Source: a virus. From it: a DNA stretch of 64,000 bases. Under the pieces are notes generated by a model. It worked only from the letters and a program-made list of their open reading frames with translations. It ran no database searches and had not been told where the DNA came from. Position 1 is the first letter of the stretch; each line of letters begins with the position of its first letter. The stretch lies in IMG/VR virus record IMGVR_UViG_3300030105_001626, positions 13,625 to 77,624 of that record, one strand, 5' to 3'. Positions 50,193 through 61,468 of the stretch are shown in pieces. A program made the position numbers and the translations under genes.

Positions 50193-50977
50193 TTTGCATC
50201 TTTAGCTTTATTACCACCAGCAGAGCTGTGGGCTTTAAATGCGAAGTCAGAACCTTTTCTAAAGTGTTCAGGACTTTTATGTACCATGTCTGCATATTTC
50301 TTTTTATTAACATCATTTAAAGACTTATGTACATTTGTCATAGCACTTGCTGTATAGTGGTCAACCTTTTGTGATTTTCCATTTGCAAACTTAACAGTCT
50401 TGTGTTGTTTGTTCGCAACAATGTTATGTAAATGGTCCATTGTACTTTCTTCAAATGTTCCATTATTTAGTCGGTTTACCTCTTCGGATTGTAAAGGAGT
50501 TTGAATGCCTTTAGGACCATAAGGAACTGTAAAGTATTTGTTTAACTTAGCATTATAATACAACGCAACTTTCATGCCATTAGGATATGGTCTGAAAGAT
50601 TTTCTCTTAAGAAGTAAAACAAAAGGTGGGTCTTTAGGATTATCACCTTTCTTTTCTACTACTTGCTCTAGTTCAATAGGATGTTCCACCTCTTCACGAA
50701 CAGCTCTTCTTGTTCTTTGAAAAATCTGTGGGTTATCTGTTAGAAGTCCAACCATTTTGCCAAATAAGTCTTGTAGTAACCTTCTCTCATGAGGAGGAAA
50801 TACAGGTCGCTCAGTCTCCATTTTATCTAAGATACGATGAAGCTTTGCTAATTTAGTTTTATCGGCTAATCCAGCACGAACAAGAACATCAAACTTCTTA
50901 TAGTTCTTTTTCTCTACTTTCTTTCGATTAGCTTCAAGCAGAGTATCTGTGCCTTTAAAATCTAATAAACTTTTCAT
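50189..50977 (-). CDS. hypothetical, probable capsid-internal protein
   Basis: MKSLLDF...LLE N-terminus; head operon. Confidence 0.55.
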   Translation of the reverse strand: MKSLLDFKGTDTLLEANRKKVEKKNYKKFDVLVRAGLADKTKLAKLHRILDKMETERPVFPPHERRLLQDLFGKMVGLLTDNPQIFQRTRRAVREEVEHPIELEQVVEKKGDNPKDPPFVLLLKRKSFRPYPNGMKVALYYNAKLNKYFTVPYGPKGIQTPLQSEEVNRLNNGTFEESTMDHLHNIVANKQHKTVKFANGKSQKVDHYTASAMTNVHKSLNDVNKKKYADMVHKSPEHFRKGSDFAFKAHSSAGGNKAKDAK

Positions 50978-50989
50978 TGAATCTTTACC

Positions 50990-51310
50990 TTAAAAGTGTT
51001 GAGTATTATCTAAACGCTGAATATGAGAGCCTTCTTCTTCAAACTCTGGTTCTGCATCAGCTGTGTCTTGTACTTCAACTTCTGGTGTTTCATAATCTTG
51101 ATAACCTGTGGTCTGATTAATCTCATCAGGATTATTAATTTCATCCTGTGTCATTGGATTAACATCAGCAAACATATCTTTTGCAATATCATTTTTCTTG
51201 TCATCTAGACTTTGAAACGCTCTTTGTGATATAAGATTGTCTAGGCTTTCTGAAGCATCTTTAGCCTGAGCTGCAGCTACTTGGTTTATAAAATCAACTA
51301 TTTCTGTCAT
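50990..51310 (-). CDS. acidic prohead core protein (gp67-like)
   Basis: Directly after portal; acidic. Confidence 0.6.
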   Translation of the reverse strand: MTEIVDFINQVAAAQAKDASESLDNLISQRAFQSLDDKKNDIAKDMFADVNPMTQDEINNPDEINQTTGYQDYETPEVEVQDTADAEPEFEEEGSHIQRLDNTQHF

Positions 51311-51322
51311 AATTTTTCTCCG

Positions 51323-52957
51323 TTATTCTTTATTTATGCCACCAAACTTAGCTACGTCATCATCAAGTTCTGGTGTTTCTGATTCCGTATCGTCAGCGTC
51401 TTTTGTATTGTCTTCTGGTGGAAATTGACTAGCATCTACTTCGCTTTGGCCAAATGTAACTCCACTTTCCTGTTCTTCTGCAATCTCTGTTTCCATTGTT
51501 TCAATTTCTTCGCCAGACATATGCAGAACATTTTTCTTGACCCAATCTGTTGAATAATAACGACCAATATATGGGTCTACAACACTAAGAAGATTTACTC
51601 TTTCACGAAGCAATTCAGCTTCTCTTAGTTCTGTAAAGTTATTATCTTTAAGATAGTCATAATAAATATGTTCTTTCATGTGATGCCAGTCTTCTACAGA
51701 GCAAATACCCTTAAGCACACATTGAGTTTTTAAAGCATGGTCGAATACTTGTGAAAATTTATTTCTTAATCGAGTTATAAATTTACCAAACTTAACTTCA
51801 TCTCTTGTTACTTCAGTTGACCGACCGAGACCAATCATACCTCCGCTTGTTGGTTCCATTCTTGAGATTGGAACATTCAAAGATTGCATAAGTTTATTCT
51901 TAAAGTATTTTACGTCTTCTAATTCGCCAAGATTTTGACCAGCAGGCAATGTAGTAATTTCTGTTCCTTTGCCACCTTCTCTACGAGGTAACCAGAAATC
52001 TTCTAGCATTGACATATGTTTTCTGTCGTCTCTTAACTCACCAGTTGAAGCATCATAAACCATTTTGTTTCTATACTTAACCATTACATCTTTTAGATAT
52101 TGTTCAGCCTTACCTTTTGGTAAGTTACCCACATCGATGTAAAATATTCTTCTTTCAGGTGCCCTTGATAATCTATAAATCACAATTGCATCTTCAACCA
52201 TTCTTAATTGATTAAGTGGTTTAATTGCCTTGTGTAAGTATGAAATTACAAAAGTGTTCTTTGCATCCATAAGTCCAGAATTAACATTAATAATGGATTC
52301 AGGAGATATCTTTAGACCAGAATTTACATTTTGTCCAAAAGATTGTGTTGATTGACCTTTATCATTATAAACATAATACTCGGCCATTGATTCTATAATC
52401 ATTGCACCGGTTTTAGGGTCTTTAATTTTCTTAACTTCACGCACTTTACGAATCTTGCGTGGGTCAATATATCTTAATTCTTTAATACCTTCTTTAGGTT
52501 TCTTTTCATCAACCACTATATGATAGTAAATTCTACCATCAATATACCATCTCTTAAATAAATCATCAGCATAATTATTAAAATTTAACATAGATAATAC
52601 ATTGTTAAACTCGTCTCTGATTTTTTTCTTTATTGAGTCTGGTTGTCTAAGGTTGTCTAGACGAATATCGACAGATTTGCCGGATTCATCATGTGTAATT
52701 GCTTCGTTGACAATATCGTCAATGGCCATTTCCATTTCTGCATGGTTTGCCATCTCCCGATATCTAGTAATAAGTTCTATCTCGTTACGAACCGAACCTT
52801 CTAAATCAAGATATGTACCATAATGAGCATTACCGCTAACGGTAACAGCACCATCGTCCATAGTTGTACTTGGTAAAGTAAAGGAAGGCGTAGAGGACGC
52901 TGATTCTTTCTCAATGTCCTTTTTGCCGAGCGTAAATCCGAAAAGTTTAATCGCCAT
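51323..52957 (-). CDS. gp20: portal protein
   Basis: RAPERRIFYIDVGNLPK, EDFWLPRREGGKGTEI. Confidence 0.98.
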   Translation of the reverse strand: MAIKLFGFTLGKKDIEKESASSTPSFTLPSTTMDDGAVTVSGNAHYGTYLDLEGSVRNEIELITRYREMANHAEMEMAIDDIVNEAITHDESGKSVDIRLDNLRQPDSIKKKIRDEFNNVLSMLNFNNYADDLFKRWYIDGRIYYHIVVDEKKPKEGIKELRYIDPRKIRKVREVKKIKDPKTGAMIIESMAEYYVYNDKGQSTQSFGQNVNSGLKISPESIINVNSGLMDAKNTFVISYLHKAIKPLNQLRMVEDAIVIYRLSRAPERRIFYIDVGNLPKGKAEQYLKDVMVKYRNKMVYDASTGELRDDRKHMSMLEDFWLPRREGGKGTEITTLPAGQNLGELEDVKYFKNKLMQSLNVPISRMEPTSGGMIGLGRSTEVTRDEVKFGKFITRLRNKFSQVFDHALKTQCVLKGICSVEDWHHMKEHIYYDYLKDNNFTELREAELLRERVNLLSVVDPYIGRYYSTDWVKKNVLHMSGEEIETMETEIAEEQESGVTFGQSEVDASQFPPEDNTKDADDTESETPELDDDVAKFGGINKE

Positions 52958-52972
52958 AATTTATCATCCTAT

Positions 52973-53003
52973 AAAAAAAATAGAGATGGCCAGAAAGGCC
53001 ATC
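52973..53003 (-). terminator. terminator after tail tube gene
   Basis: GATGGCC-TTTCT-GGCCATC followed by a T run. Confidence 0.75.
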
Positions 53004-53006
53004 CTA

Positions 53007-53552
53007 TTACACAACACCGTCTTCGACTGACTCCCACCATTGGTATGATAGAGTAACCGAGAATTCTTCCATTGTATCATTTGCACCCCAATCAACATCG
53101 ATTGGTGTTAAGTCGGTTGGAAATAATCCGACAAAATTATATTTCTTAAGTGCGTCACCAGCTTTTCCAAATTGCGTTACCTGACCATCAACGGAATATC
53201 CGCCAGGTGAGGTTGCAAGTGGATTTCTCACATTAAGTGCATGACTATTGATACCGTTCATCCATCTTTCGAAGGCGTTACGGACACTAAAGTCTTCATC
53301 ATTAATGACTGAGATTGTCCAGTCCATGAAGGTTCTATTACCTACAAATTTAAGTTCACGACCAAAGTATTGAACTGGAACAACACCAAGCGTAGCGCCC
53401 GGTAGTTGTGCAGTTTTACACATGAAGGTCATTTTTTGTTGTGCGTTTCCAGCATTAGAAAATGCAGGAAAAGGCATAGAGACTTCAAACAGATTGGGAC
53501 GAGCACCGTCACCAATCATTTGACTTCTAAATTCGTTTACATTAAATGCCAT
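53007..53552 (-). CDS. gp19: tail tube protein
   Basis: GARPNLF, GNRTF, RNAFERW, EEFSVT. Confidence 0.96.
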   Translation of the reverse strand: MAFNVNEFRSQMIGDGARPNLFEVSMPFPAFSNAGNAQQKMTFMCKTAQLPGATLGVVPVQYFGRELKFVGNRTFMDWTISVINDEDFSVRNAFERWMNGINSHALNVRNPLATSPGGYSVDGQVTQFGKAGDALKKYNFVGLFPTDLTPIDVDWGANDTMEEFSVTLSYQWWESVEDGVV

Positions 53553-53578
53553 TTAATTTCTCCTGTTTTATCTATTTA

Positions 53579-55279
53579 TTAGAATTGTCCAACGACTTCA
53601 TCGAATGAAACGCCGGTTCTAACTGCAACAAAGTTTAATTGAATAAAGTTAATTGACCTTGCTGGTTTGATGTAAATATCACCAACAAATCTGTTACTAT
53701 CAATTACTTCGCCTGTATTATTTGACTCATCACAAACTACTCTAAAGTCTGTAATACCTCTACGACCTTGAATATCTCTTAGATATGGTTCAACAAGATT
53801 TACAAATGAAGCTCTTGTGAACTGGTCATTGAATTCAAACATTGAGAATCTAGCTGAGCGAGCAATTGCTTTCTCAATTATAATAAACAATCTTCGAACA
53901 TTAATTCTATCAAAGGCAGATGGTTTTGATAACAATGTTTTGTCACCAAATAATTGTGTGCCTTCGCCTGGGAATGTCATGACTGGATTAATACCCTTTG
54001 TATAAAGAGTATCTCTTTCTGCTTTTGTAGGATTCCATGCAAGTTTCAATACATTTCGCATGATGCCTCTGTTAGGACCAGCAGGTGAGAACCAAGGGTC
54101 TCTTTCGAGGTCACTTCTCGCTGTTAGACCAGCAGTATCGCCATTTAAAGGTACCCAACGATATACATCATTGTACTTGTCATATTGATATTTCCATCCA
54201 GAATCCATAACTGCGTATGAAGATGATGTTAATCCATTTCTATAAGCAACTGTTGTTGTCGCAGGAGCTACAGCATTTACTACATCTGCTTTCTGTGGTG
54301 AAACATATGCCATGACATCTTTTCTTGTTCCAGCCAAAGTAATTACTTTCTGAGCTACTGTTGCACCTGTAGTTGGTCCTGCCATTAGTAAATTAACATC
54401 AACAGTATCTGCATTACCAAATTCATCATAAGCAATTATTGTGTTAGCAGCAGAAACTCCTGTGCCAGCACCATTTGTTAATGTGAATGTAGTTTGAGTT
54501 GATAAGTTTTTAAATACTTTAGCTGGTGTAACTGAAGTTCCCCAATTACCCGAAGTTAAGTTCGGTGCAACTGGATGTGCCATGTATCTAATATATCGTG
54601 ATTGTTGAGTAATAACATCTTTATAGAAGTTTGCATTACCTGAATCATCTTTACCATCACCAGCTTTAGACATGAATGGAAATACTTCTAAAATAGTGTT
54701 AGCAACTCCATCTGAGAATTCGCCAAGTCTATCAATAACGATAGCATGAATCTCATCGAAAGTTGACCCGGCAGCCTTTGCTTTAGCAGAAGTTGTAGGT
54801 TGGTCACTAAAGTTTGCTTTATAAGCCCAAGCTGCCCATGTTGATGCATCAGCAATTGAAACTTGTAATGAATTACCCTTAGTGCCAGGATATTTTGCAG
54901 CGTAAGCGCCGTGAGTTACAGCACCTACTGAATAATTTGCGTCCCAAGCTGCATCATTTGGTATGTAAATGCCCGGAGCAGCTTGAGCTGAAGTCGTAAC
55001 TGTTGAGTTAAGATGTCCGCCTTCTCTGATTCGAACTGTTTTTAAATTACTTGAATATGCTAGAAAATTTGCCGCTGTGAACCAGAATTCATAATTAGTT
55101 GAACCAGGTTTGCCGAAAATACGGACAAGTTGCTGTTCATCTGATATAGTTGTTATCTCATTGACTGGACCCCAATCGGCTTTTATAGCAATACCACCAA
55201 TACTAGTGGCGACTGAAGGGACAATTGTAGTCAGGTCTACTTCTGATACATTTACCCCCGGTGAGAGCTGAAATGCCAT
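53579..55279 (-). CDS. gp18: tail sheath protein
   Basis: SPGVNVSEVD, PWFSPAG, FDRINVRRLF. Confidence 0.97.
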   Translation of the reverse strand: MAFQLSPGVNVSEVDLTTIVPSVATSIGGIAIKADWGPVNEITTISDEQQLVRIFGKPGSTNYEFWFTAANFLAYSSNLKTVRIREGGHLNSTVTTSAQAAPGIYIPNDAAWDANYSVGAVTHGAYAAKYPGTKGNSLQVSIADASTWAAWAYKANFSDQPTTSAKAKAAGSTFDEIHAIVIDRLGEFSDGVANTILEVFPFMSKAGDGKDDSGNANFYKDVITQQSRYIRYMAHPVAPNLTSGNWGTSVTPAKVFKNLSTQTTFTLTNGAGTGVSAANTIIAYDEFGNADTVDVNLLMAGPTTGATVAQKVITLAGTRKDVMAYVSPQKADVVNAVAPATTTVAYRNGLTSSSYAVMDSGWKYQYDKYNDVYRWVPLNGDTAGLTARSDLERDPWFSPAGPNRGIMRNVLKLAWNPTKAERDTLYTKGINPVMTFPGEGTQLFGDKTLLSKPSAFDRINVRRLFIIIEKAIARSARFSMFEFNDQFTRASFVNLVEPYLRDIQGRRGITDFRVVCDESNNTGEVIDSNRFVGDIYIKPARSINFIQLNFVAVRTGVSFDEVVGQF

Positions 55280-55350
55280 TTGATTACTCCTCTTATAAAT
55301 GGGTCAATAATTGTTTGAATATATTTTTAATTTATACTCTATTTAGTGTT

Positions 55351-57006
55351 TTAGAAAGTTGAGGTTGGATAGTTCTTTATTGCATCAGTATTCATCCATC
55401 GTTCTCCGTCTGAATCAATCTCACTTTCTGGTTCTCGTCCGTCATCAAATACTCCAACTGGAGTTAATTCTTCATTTATTAACATATTTGCTTCTGCCAA
55501 CATTTGTTTTCTTACATCCACATCTGTTTCGTCTCTAAACAATGATTGTGCAGTCAACCAACCAAATAAAACTAAACCCATAACTAGGTCATCGTTATTG
55601 CCTTCTTCAGCACCGTAAGAATCTCTCTGTCGGGCAAAAGTATTTAATTCGGCAATAGTGTCAAAATCATTTAATATAAGTTTGTCGTTTTCAATTAATG
55701 TCTTTAAATTAGCACACCCAATTTTCTTAACAGTTTTTGTAGTTCTAACGCCAAACGAAGTTGACCTTTTAAAACCACTAGATATAGCCTGTCCTTTTAT
55801 GTGATGATGTTCTAACTTGTAAATATTTTCGTATTCAAGGTCATAGTGTAGAATGTCTACAACTTGTTGACCTATATTATTAGTTTCAATTAACGCAAAA
55901 GCGTCATTATACATTGTACCTACTTTGTAAATTACTGTTGGATAAAACAACAATGGTAATTTATTATTTCGATACTTAGCAACTTGTCTATATGGAGTTT
56001 CTGTTACATCTATTACCATGATGGCTGAGTAATCTAAATTAACTCCTTCAGCACAATCAACTGCCGCAATATACAAGTGTCCTTTAATAGGTTCCTCATA
56101 TATATCTAAACCGTCATCTGAACGGATTGGATTATGAAATGCAAGGCTTCTCAGTTTAGTACCTGAAATTAGAGTTGCACTTGAACCAACAAATTCAGTT
56201 TCAAACTCAACACGGAATTGTTCTTCACTCGTGTTTCGTATTGTCTCATCTTTCCATTCTGCATCTCTACCTGGTACCATTGACCAGTGGACTTCGAGTG
56301 GTTTATATGTTGAGCGTTTTTCTTGTGCATCAACCCACATCTTATAGAATAGATTCAGCCCATTTGGCGTTGAGACTATAATTACTTTTGTAGTTGTTCC
56401 AGATGATATCACAGGATAAGTTGACTGAAAAAACTCTAGGGCCATATTATGAGGCACAAAAGCAAACTCATCTAAAAACACCATGTTGTAAGTACCTCCA
56501 CGAACACCAGAAGCTGATGTTGCGTAGGCAAATATCTTAGACCCATTTTCTAATTCTAAATTACCTTTATTCCAAACTACAATGCCTTGTTGTAACCATA
56601 GAGGTAAATATTCGTAAGCCTTTTGTAATCTTCCTAAAATTTCCCTTGCAAGAGAACCTTTGTTAGCAAGAATACCTACTGTATATTCTTCTTGAAATAA
56701 AACACACCATAACATATATCCAACAGATGTCGTTGTTTTACCACACTGACGTGGCATCTTTGCAATATTAAATCTATTTGCATGAAACGACCTGACCATA
56801 TCTTCTTGAAAAGGCCACATATCAAACGGCACTAAACCTTTATCTACATTAACTATTTGAACATAAGTTTTAATGAAATATACAGGGTCTTTGGAACACT
56901 TGACCAATTCAGCCACTTGTTCTTCAGTATAATTTAATTCGACACCTACACGTTTTAATCTAATATTACCCATGTAGCCATCAGCAATTGTTCTTACTTC
57001 AGCCAT
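55351..57006 (-). CDS. gp17: terminase large subunit
   Basis: RQCGKTT, LDEFAF, STPNG, DDLVM. Confidence 0.97.
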   Translation of the reverse strand: MAEVRTIADGYMGNIRLKRVGVELNYTEEQVAELVKCSKDPVYFIKTYVQIVNVDKGLVPFDMWPFQEDMVRSFHANRFNIAKMPRQCGKTTTSVGYMLWCVLFQEEYTVGILANKGSLAREILGRLQKAYEYLPLWLQQGIVVWNKGNLELENGSKIFAYATSASGVRGGTYNMVFLDEFAFVPHNMALEFFQSTYPVISSGTTTKVIIVSTPNGLNLFYKMWVDAQEKRSTYKPLEVHWSMVPGRDAEWKDETIRNTSEEQFRVEFETEFVGSSATLISGTKLRSLAFHNPIRSDDGLDIYEEPIKGHLYIAAVDCAEGVNLDYSAIMVIDVTETPYRQVAKYRNNKLPLLFYPTVIYKVGTMYNDAFALIETNNIGQQVVDILHYDLEYENIYKLEHHHIKGQAISSGFKRSTSFGVRTTKTVKKIGCANLKTLIENDKLILNDFDTIAELNTFARQRDSYGAEEGNNDDLVMGLVLFGWLTAQSLFRDETDVDVRKQMLAEANMLINEELTPVGVFDDGREPESEIDSDGERWMNTDAIKNYPTSTF

Positions 57007-57035
57007 AATATAATATATCCTTTTACTATCTTATG

Positions 57036-57509
57036 TTATTTATCTTTCTTAGGAGTGACGTCCTTAGTAACATCTTTTTCATTGTTATTTAAAAACTTAA
57101 CTAACTCCGTTGTAGAACCAACAAAAACAGCCTTATCTATATTCATATTTTTTGTATTTCCTGCAAATCCATGGTCATCTTTTGTTAAATCTCTACGAGT
57201 TTTTTGTATATTTAACAAATCTTTATTGGAATCAGATAGATTTTTAATCATAGCTGCAGCTACTTCATATGCTCTAGGGTGTTCAGACTCTCTAGCAACA
57301 GCTAAAAGATTATCTAAAGCATTACTGCCTTTATTAATTAAATCTTTAATATTATCTCGAGCAAATTCGGTGTCTTGTTCTGCTACTACTTCAATAGGAA
57401 CAATTTCATGTTTTTTTTCTTGGACTGGTAGAATCTCCATTGTAGGAACAAAGTCTTTCTCATTATCTACATTGAAAAGTTCTGATAACTTATCGTTAGT
57501 TTTACTCAT
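57036..57509 (-). CDS. gp16: terminase small subunit
   Basis: SEHPRAYEV, FVGSTTEL. Confidence 0.93.
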   Translation of the reverse strand: MSKTNDKLSELFNVDNEKDFVPTMEILPVQEKKHEIVPIEVVAEQDTEFARDNIKDLINKGSNALDNLLAVARESEHPRAYEVAAAMIKNLSDSNKDLLNIQKTRRDLTKDDHGFAGNTKNMNIDKAVFVGSTTELVKFLNNNEKDVTKDVTPKKDK

Positions 57510-58567
57510 TATGTGAATGGGAACTCAGTAATTGTTTCAGAAAATCCATACTCATCTTCAGCATTAGCTGTAGCTGGGTCTGGCTGTGTTATAATAATAA
57601 CTGTCTTAAGAGGTTCATTTTCAACCTTTGTTACAGTATAAGATGCATGTGATGTAACGCCTTCAATTATATCGTTTGCTTTCAATAAAGTATTTATGTT
57701 ACTTACAACTACGATTCCATTATTAGAATTACTGAAGAAAGCCAAATCACCTTTAACATCTATATTTTTACCATCTGTGGTTTTAGTTGCAAAGATAGTT
57801 TCTTCATCAAGAAAATAGTTACTTTTTCCACTAGCTACATTAAAACTATTATTAGCATAATCAACAAAAACTTTTTGAGCAGATTTTGAAGCTGTTTCTA
57901 TGTATAGGTTTGTCTCTGCTTGGCGAATTATTTTACCTTCTTTAACTGGAGGCCATATATAACCCTTTGCAGTAAATGTTAAATCCCAAATAATCAATCG
58001 AGTAGTTGTCATATCACCTTCATACTCTATACTTGGTGTAACTGAAGTTAAAACTACAGGCATATCATATTTTTGGTCCATGTCAGAAATAAAATCTACA
58101 GTAACGGTAAAATCTGGTGTAAAAAATGGTAATATCTGTTCTAGAATTTGTGTGCCGTCTTCAGTATTTCTTACATAAAGAGACATGTTAAACTGAAAGT
58201 TATAAGGAACAGGAACATATTGCGTTTTAAGATTCCTAGTGCCTGATGTTGCAGTAGGATTTGATGTATTAGCTGCAAAGTTCATTACACTAGATATTTG
58301 TTTTCTAGTTGTATCATAATCTAATCCTGATAACTCAAATGAAATACGAGGTACAACAGACTGAACAGCTTTTGTTAGATTAGGGTCAGATGTAATTCTT
58401 GTTATATATTTTTCTTTGGCACCATAAGACAAAGGAACTTTAAAATGTGTTTTAGCAGTTTCACCGTTAGCTGTATATCTTTGTAACACGATATCATTAA
58501 ACATTGAGCCAAAAGCTACAATGACTTTTCTCATAGTACGATTATAAAAGTGTTTGTTACCTAGCAT
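57509..58567 (-). CDS. gp15: tail sheath stabiliser / completion protein
   Basis: FGSMFNDI, VPLSYG, QILEQILPFFTP. Confidence 0.93.
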   Translation of the reverse strand: MLGNKHFYNRTMRKVIVAFGSMFNDIVLQRYTANGETAKTHFKVPLSYGAKEKYITRITSDPNLTKAVQSVVPRISFELSGLDYDTTRKQISSVMNFAANTSNPTATSGTRNLKTQYVPVPYNFQFNMSLYVRNTEDGTQILEQILPFFTPDFTVTVDFISDMDQKYDMPVVLTSVTPSIEYEGDMTTTRLIIWDLTFTAKGYIWPPVKEGKIIRQAETNLYIETASKSAQKVFVDYANNSFNVASGKSNYFLDEETIFATKTTDGKNIDVKGDLAFFSNSNNGIVVVSNINTLLKANDIIEGVTSHASYTVTKVENEPLKTVIIITQPDPATANAEDEYGFSETITEFPFT

Positions 58568-59470
58568 TTATACTTCTCCAAAAGGATTTGTTTCTGTGAA
58601 GTCAATTATAGAATCGGCTTCAGCTTCAAATCTCATATTATCGTCTATAGATTCAAATGCATTATTAGCATTAAAGTTCTCATCGACAATATTAATTTTT
58701 GCGACTGAACTTGATGTATTACCAATCAGGTTGGCATTATTTGCAAATGTTCCTTGAACTCTGATAATATCAATTGATGTGTTTGGATTAAAATCAAATA
58801 CAATTGCACGAGCAGTTGAATTAGCTAAAGCTGGGCGTGATTCAACCAATGGTTGATATACAATCTCATCATTAACAAACTTGCCATTATACATAGTTTG
58901 AATAGTTTGTCTTGTTCTTGGATAGAACTTTCTTATTACTGTATCAATTTCTTCGACACCTGTACTAACAAGTTCATTAGAGAATACAAACTGTTTAAGT
59001 TTTAAAGCATAAACATAAACATTGCCACCACGGCCACGACCTAATGTGTGATACATTGCTTGGTCATTTTCGTGTTCAACAAATGTAATTTCAAAAAAGG
59101 CATCTACCACAGGAACATAAATTAAATCGCCTTCAAGAGGCCTTGTTTGGTCAGCTATCATACCAAATCTTCTACGAGACATAAGAAGAGTTATCTCATC
59201 TCGTATTTCTAAACCAAATTTAGATATGAAATCGCCTTCGCCATCCATACCAGTAATGTTCTCTAGGTACATCTCAAGAGAAAATGCAGACATATATTGT
59301 TTTAATGGGTCTTCGCCATATATGAAGTCCACAACATCACCAGACGTGCGTGGCATGTACCAAACATCCATACCATACATCTTCATCGCTTCAATCACAA
59401 GGTCTTCAACAGTCAGTTGTTCTTGTGTTATGCCCTTAGGAAAATTATTAAAATATAGATTAGTTCCCAT
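58568..59470 (-). CDS. gp14: neck protein
   Basis: SKFGLEIRDE, RPLEGDLIY, FEITFVEHE. Confidence 0.93.
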   Translation of the reverse strand: MGTNLYFNNFPKGITQEQLTVEDLVIEAMKMYGMDVWYMPRTSGDVVDFIYGEDPLKQYMSAFSLEMYLENITGMDGEGDFISKFGLEIRDEITLLMSRRRFGMIADQTRPLEGDLIYVPVVDAFFEITFVEHENDQAMYHTLGRGRGGNVYVYALKLKQFVFSNELVSTGVEEIDTVIRKFYPRTRQTIQTMYNGKFVNDEIVYQPLVESRPALANSTARAIVFDFNPNTSIDIIRVQGTFANNANLIGNTSSSVAKINIVDENFNANNAFESIDDNMRFEAEADSIIDFTETNPFGEV

Positions 59471-59476
59471 AGTTAA

Positions 59477-60430
59477 TTATCCATAAAATATTTCAGATGG
59501 AAGAACATTCATTACCTGCATTTCTTCTTCTATCTTTTCGATTTCGACTCGAGCTTCTTCCATAATTCTAGGACCATCTAAAGTTACTCCGCCGGGCATT
59601 TGTATGCCAGCAAATTTACTTAAGTTGCTACCCCATTGATATTTAATCTTAGCAGTGCTATATTGTTTTAAGAATCTATCATTCCAAACATCTGATACTC
59701 CTTCTATAGTAGCAGTTCCGTTAGTTATAGCAGCTACTGGATTTGCTTTTAAATGTATGATTGTTGGAGATAATATTTTATTAACTTGTACTTGTTTTCC
59801 ATCACTTAATGTTATAAAGTCATTTTCAAGAAGTTGTTGGTCAAAATCTGTATCAGTTCCTGTAAGTGTATTGGCTGTAGTTGCAGCAGTTAATGTGCCT
59901 GTTATATTAATTACATCTGGTTGTAATGCTCTATAACATTCAATAACAACATAAGAACCTGGTGTAACATCTTGGGTCCAGTCAATATCTAACATAATTC
60001 TATTTCTATGTCGATTAAATCTAAATTGAGGAGTACCAACCATTAACAACTCTAGAGTTCTAAGATGTTGCATTGTAATTTCATAAGAGACATATGATAC
60101 AGAAGTAAAATCAAATAAATCATTTAATCTTAATTGATATCTAATATCAAACATTCCCATTCCAGATGTGTCTGTAAATGGCATAATACCAGTTACAAAT
60201 ATAACACTGTCAGGAGCATATATCCATCTTCTTTGAATATCTGCAGCAGTAATTTGATGTTTTAAATACATCTTTTCTACGCCATCAAAATGATAGTCTT
60301 GAAAGAATTGTATTGAATCATCAATACGGTCTTCTACTTGGTCATCATCTACATTAATTTCAATGACAGGATGTCCGAGTCTGCGTAAGCAGTAATCTTT
60401 GTGTTGATTTCTTGTTGCTGGTTTTGACAT
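59477..60430 (-). CDS. gp13: neck protein
   Basis: YCLRRLGHPVIEINV, QWGSNLSKF, PGGVTLDG. Confidence 0.95.
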   Translation of the reverse strand: MSKPATRNQHKDYCLRRLGHPVIEINVDDDQVEDRIDDSIQFFQDYHFDGVEKMYLKHQITAADIQRRWIYAPDSVIFVTGIMPFTDTSGMGMFDIRYQLRLNDLFDFTSVSYVSYEITMQHLRTLELLMVGTPQFRFNRHRNRIMLDIDWTQDVTPGSYVVIECYRALQPDVINITGTLTAATTANTLTGTDTDFDQQLLENDFITLSDGKQVQVNKILSPTIIHLKANPVAAITNGTATIEGVSDVWNDRFLKQYSTAKIKYQWGSNLSKFAGIQMPGGVTLDGPRIMEEARVEIEKIEEEMQVMNVLPSEIFYG

Positions 60431-60440
60431 AATCTACCTT

Positions 60441-60857
60441 TTATCCTAATGCAATTGAGAGAGCGAGTACATCACCAATTGTAGCGCCTGAAGCAGCTGC
60501 AAAAGTAACAGCACCGGAGCCATTTGTTGTTAATACCGTACCTGCGGAACCATCAGCTATCGGTAAACTATATGCTCCACGAACACTTAATCCTGGCACC
60601 GTAACTTTACTTTGAGAAGCAGAAAATGTTACTGCTGAATTACCTGCAAATGAACCGGAGTTGTTGAATTGAAGTTCTGTATTTAGACCTGCTACTTGCG
60701 TGGTTTTTATTTGACCAAGAGTATTTGCTGCAGTTTTGAAATAGATAATACCATCAGAATAGTTTAAAGCTAATTCACCAATAGCTATAACACCAAGAGA
60801 TGGCACCGCACTTGCGGTGCTTGAATTGAATAATTGTATTTTTGTTTTCTGTGCCAT
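60441..60857 (-). CDS. short fibre/decoration-like protein
   Basis: GELALNYSDG N-domain, LQFNNSGSFAG, LPIADGSAGTVLTTNGSG. Confidence 0.65.
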   Translation of the reverse strand: MAQKTKIQLFNSSTASAVPSLGVIAIGELALNYSDGIIYFKTAANTLGQIKTTQVAGLNTELQFNNSGSFAGNSAVTFSASQSKVTVPGLSVRGAYSLPIADGSAGTVLTTNGSGAVTFAAASGATIGDVLALSIALG

Positions 60858-60871
60858 TTAATTCAGTATGC

Positions 60872-61441
60872 CTAAAAAGTTCCACCAGAAGAAACATCTT
60901 CATCTGATTTCATTATTAAATCTAATTTATCTTCTTTTACTTTGTTTTTCTTAACTGCATTTTTTACTACTTTTTTAGCAACTACTTTTGGCTCAGTTTT
61001 TGGAAGTACTCTAATTTTCTTTTCTTTTGGCAACATCTTTTCTAATTTCTGAATGTATTTTCTTTGCTCAGAAATAGTTCTCTTATCAACTATTTTTTCA
61101 GACTCTAAATTTGCTATTTGCCTTTTTCTAATTGTTGCATCTTTCATTTGAGTATTCAATGCATTTTGTAATCTATGAGCATCAGGACTTCCATCTCCTG
61201 ATATAGCTAAAATTTCTTCTTTATCTTTTAACTCACTTTTTAAATGAGCAAGTTCACTTGTTAAATCAATCTCTGTTTCTTTAGCATATAGATTTTTCTC
61301 TAACTGTTCTTTATCTTTAACTGCTTCTTCTAGAAATGATATTTGTGTTTGAAACATCATATTCTGTCTTAATATTGCATCTAAATTCTCAAAAATTATT
61401 TCATTATACTTACTTAAAAACTTGTCGTTGTTGTCTGCCAT
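60872..61441 (-). CDS. coiled-coil protein ending in GGTF
   Basis: Heptad-rich, 189 aa. Confidence 0.65.
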   Translation of the reverse strand: MADNNDKFLSKYNEIIFENLDAILRQNMMFQTQISFLEEAVKDKEQLEKNLYAKETEIDLTSELAHLKSELKDKEEILAISGDGSPDAHRLQNALNTQMKDATIRKRQIANLESEKIVDKRTISEQRKYIQKLEKMLPKEKKIRVLPKTEPKVVAKKVVKNAVKKNKVKEDKLDLIMKSDEDVSSGGTF

Positions 61442-61468
61442 GATATAGACCTCTCATAATATGTTTAA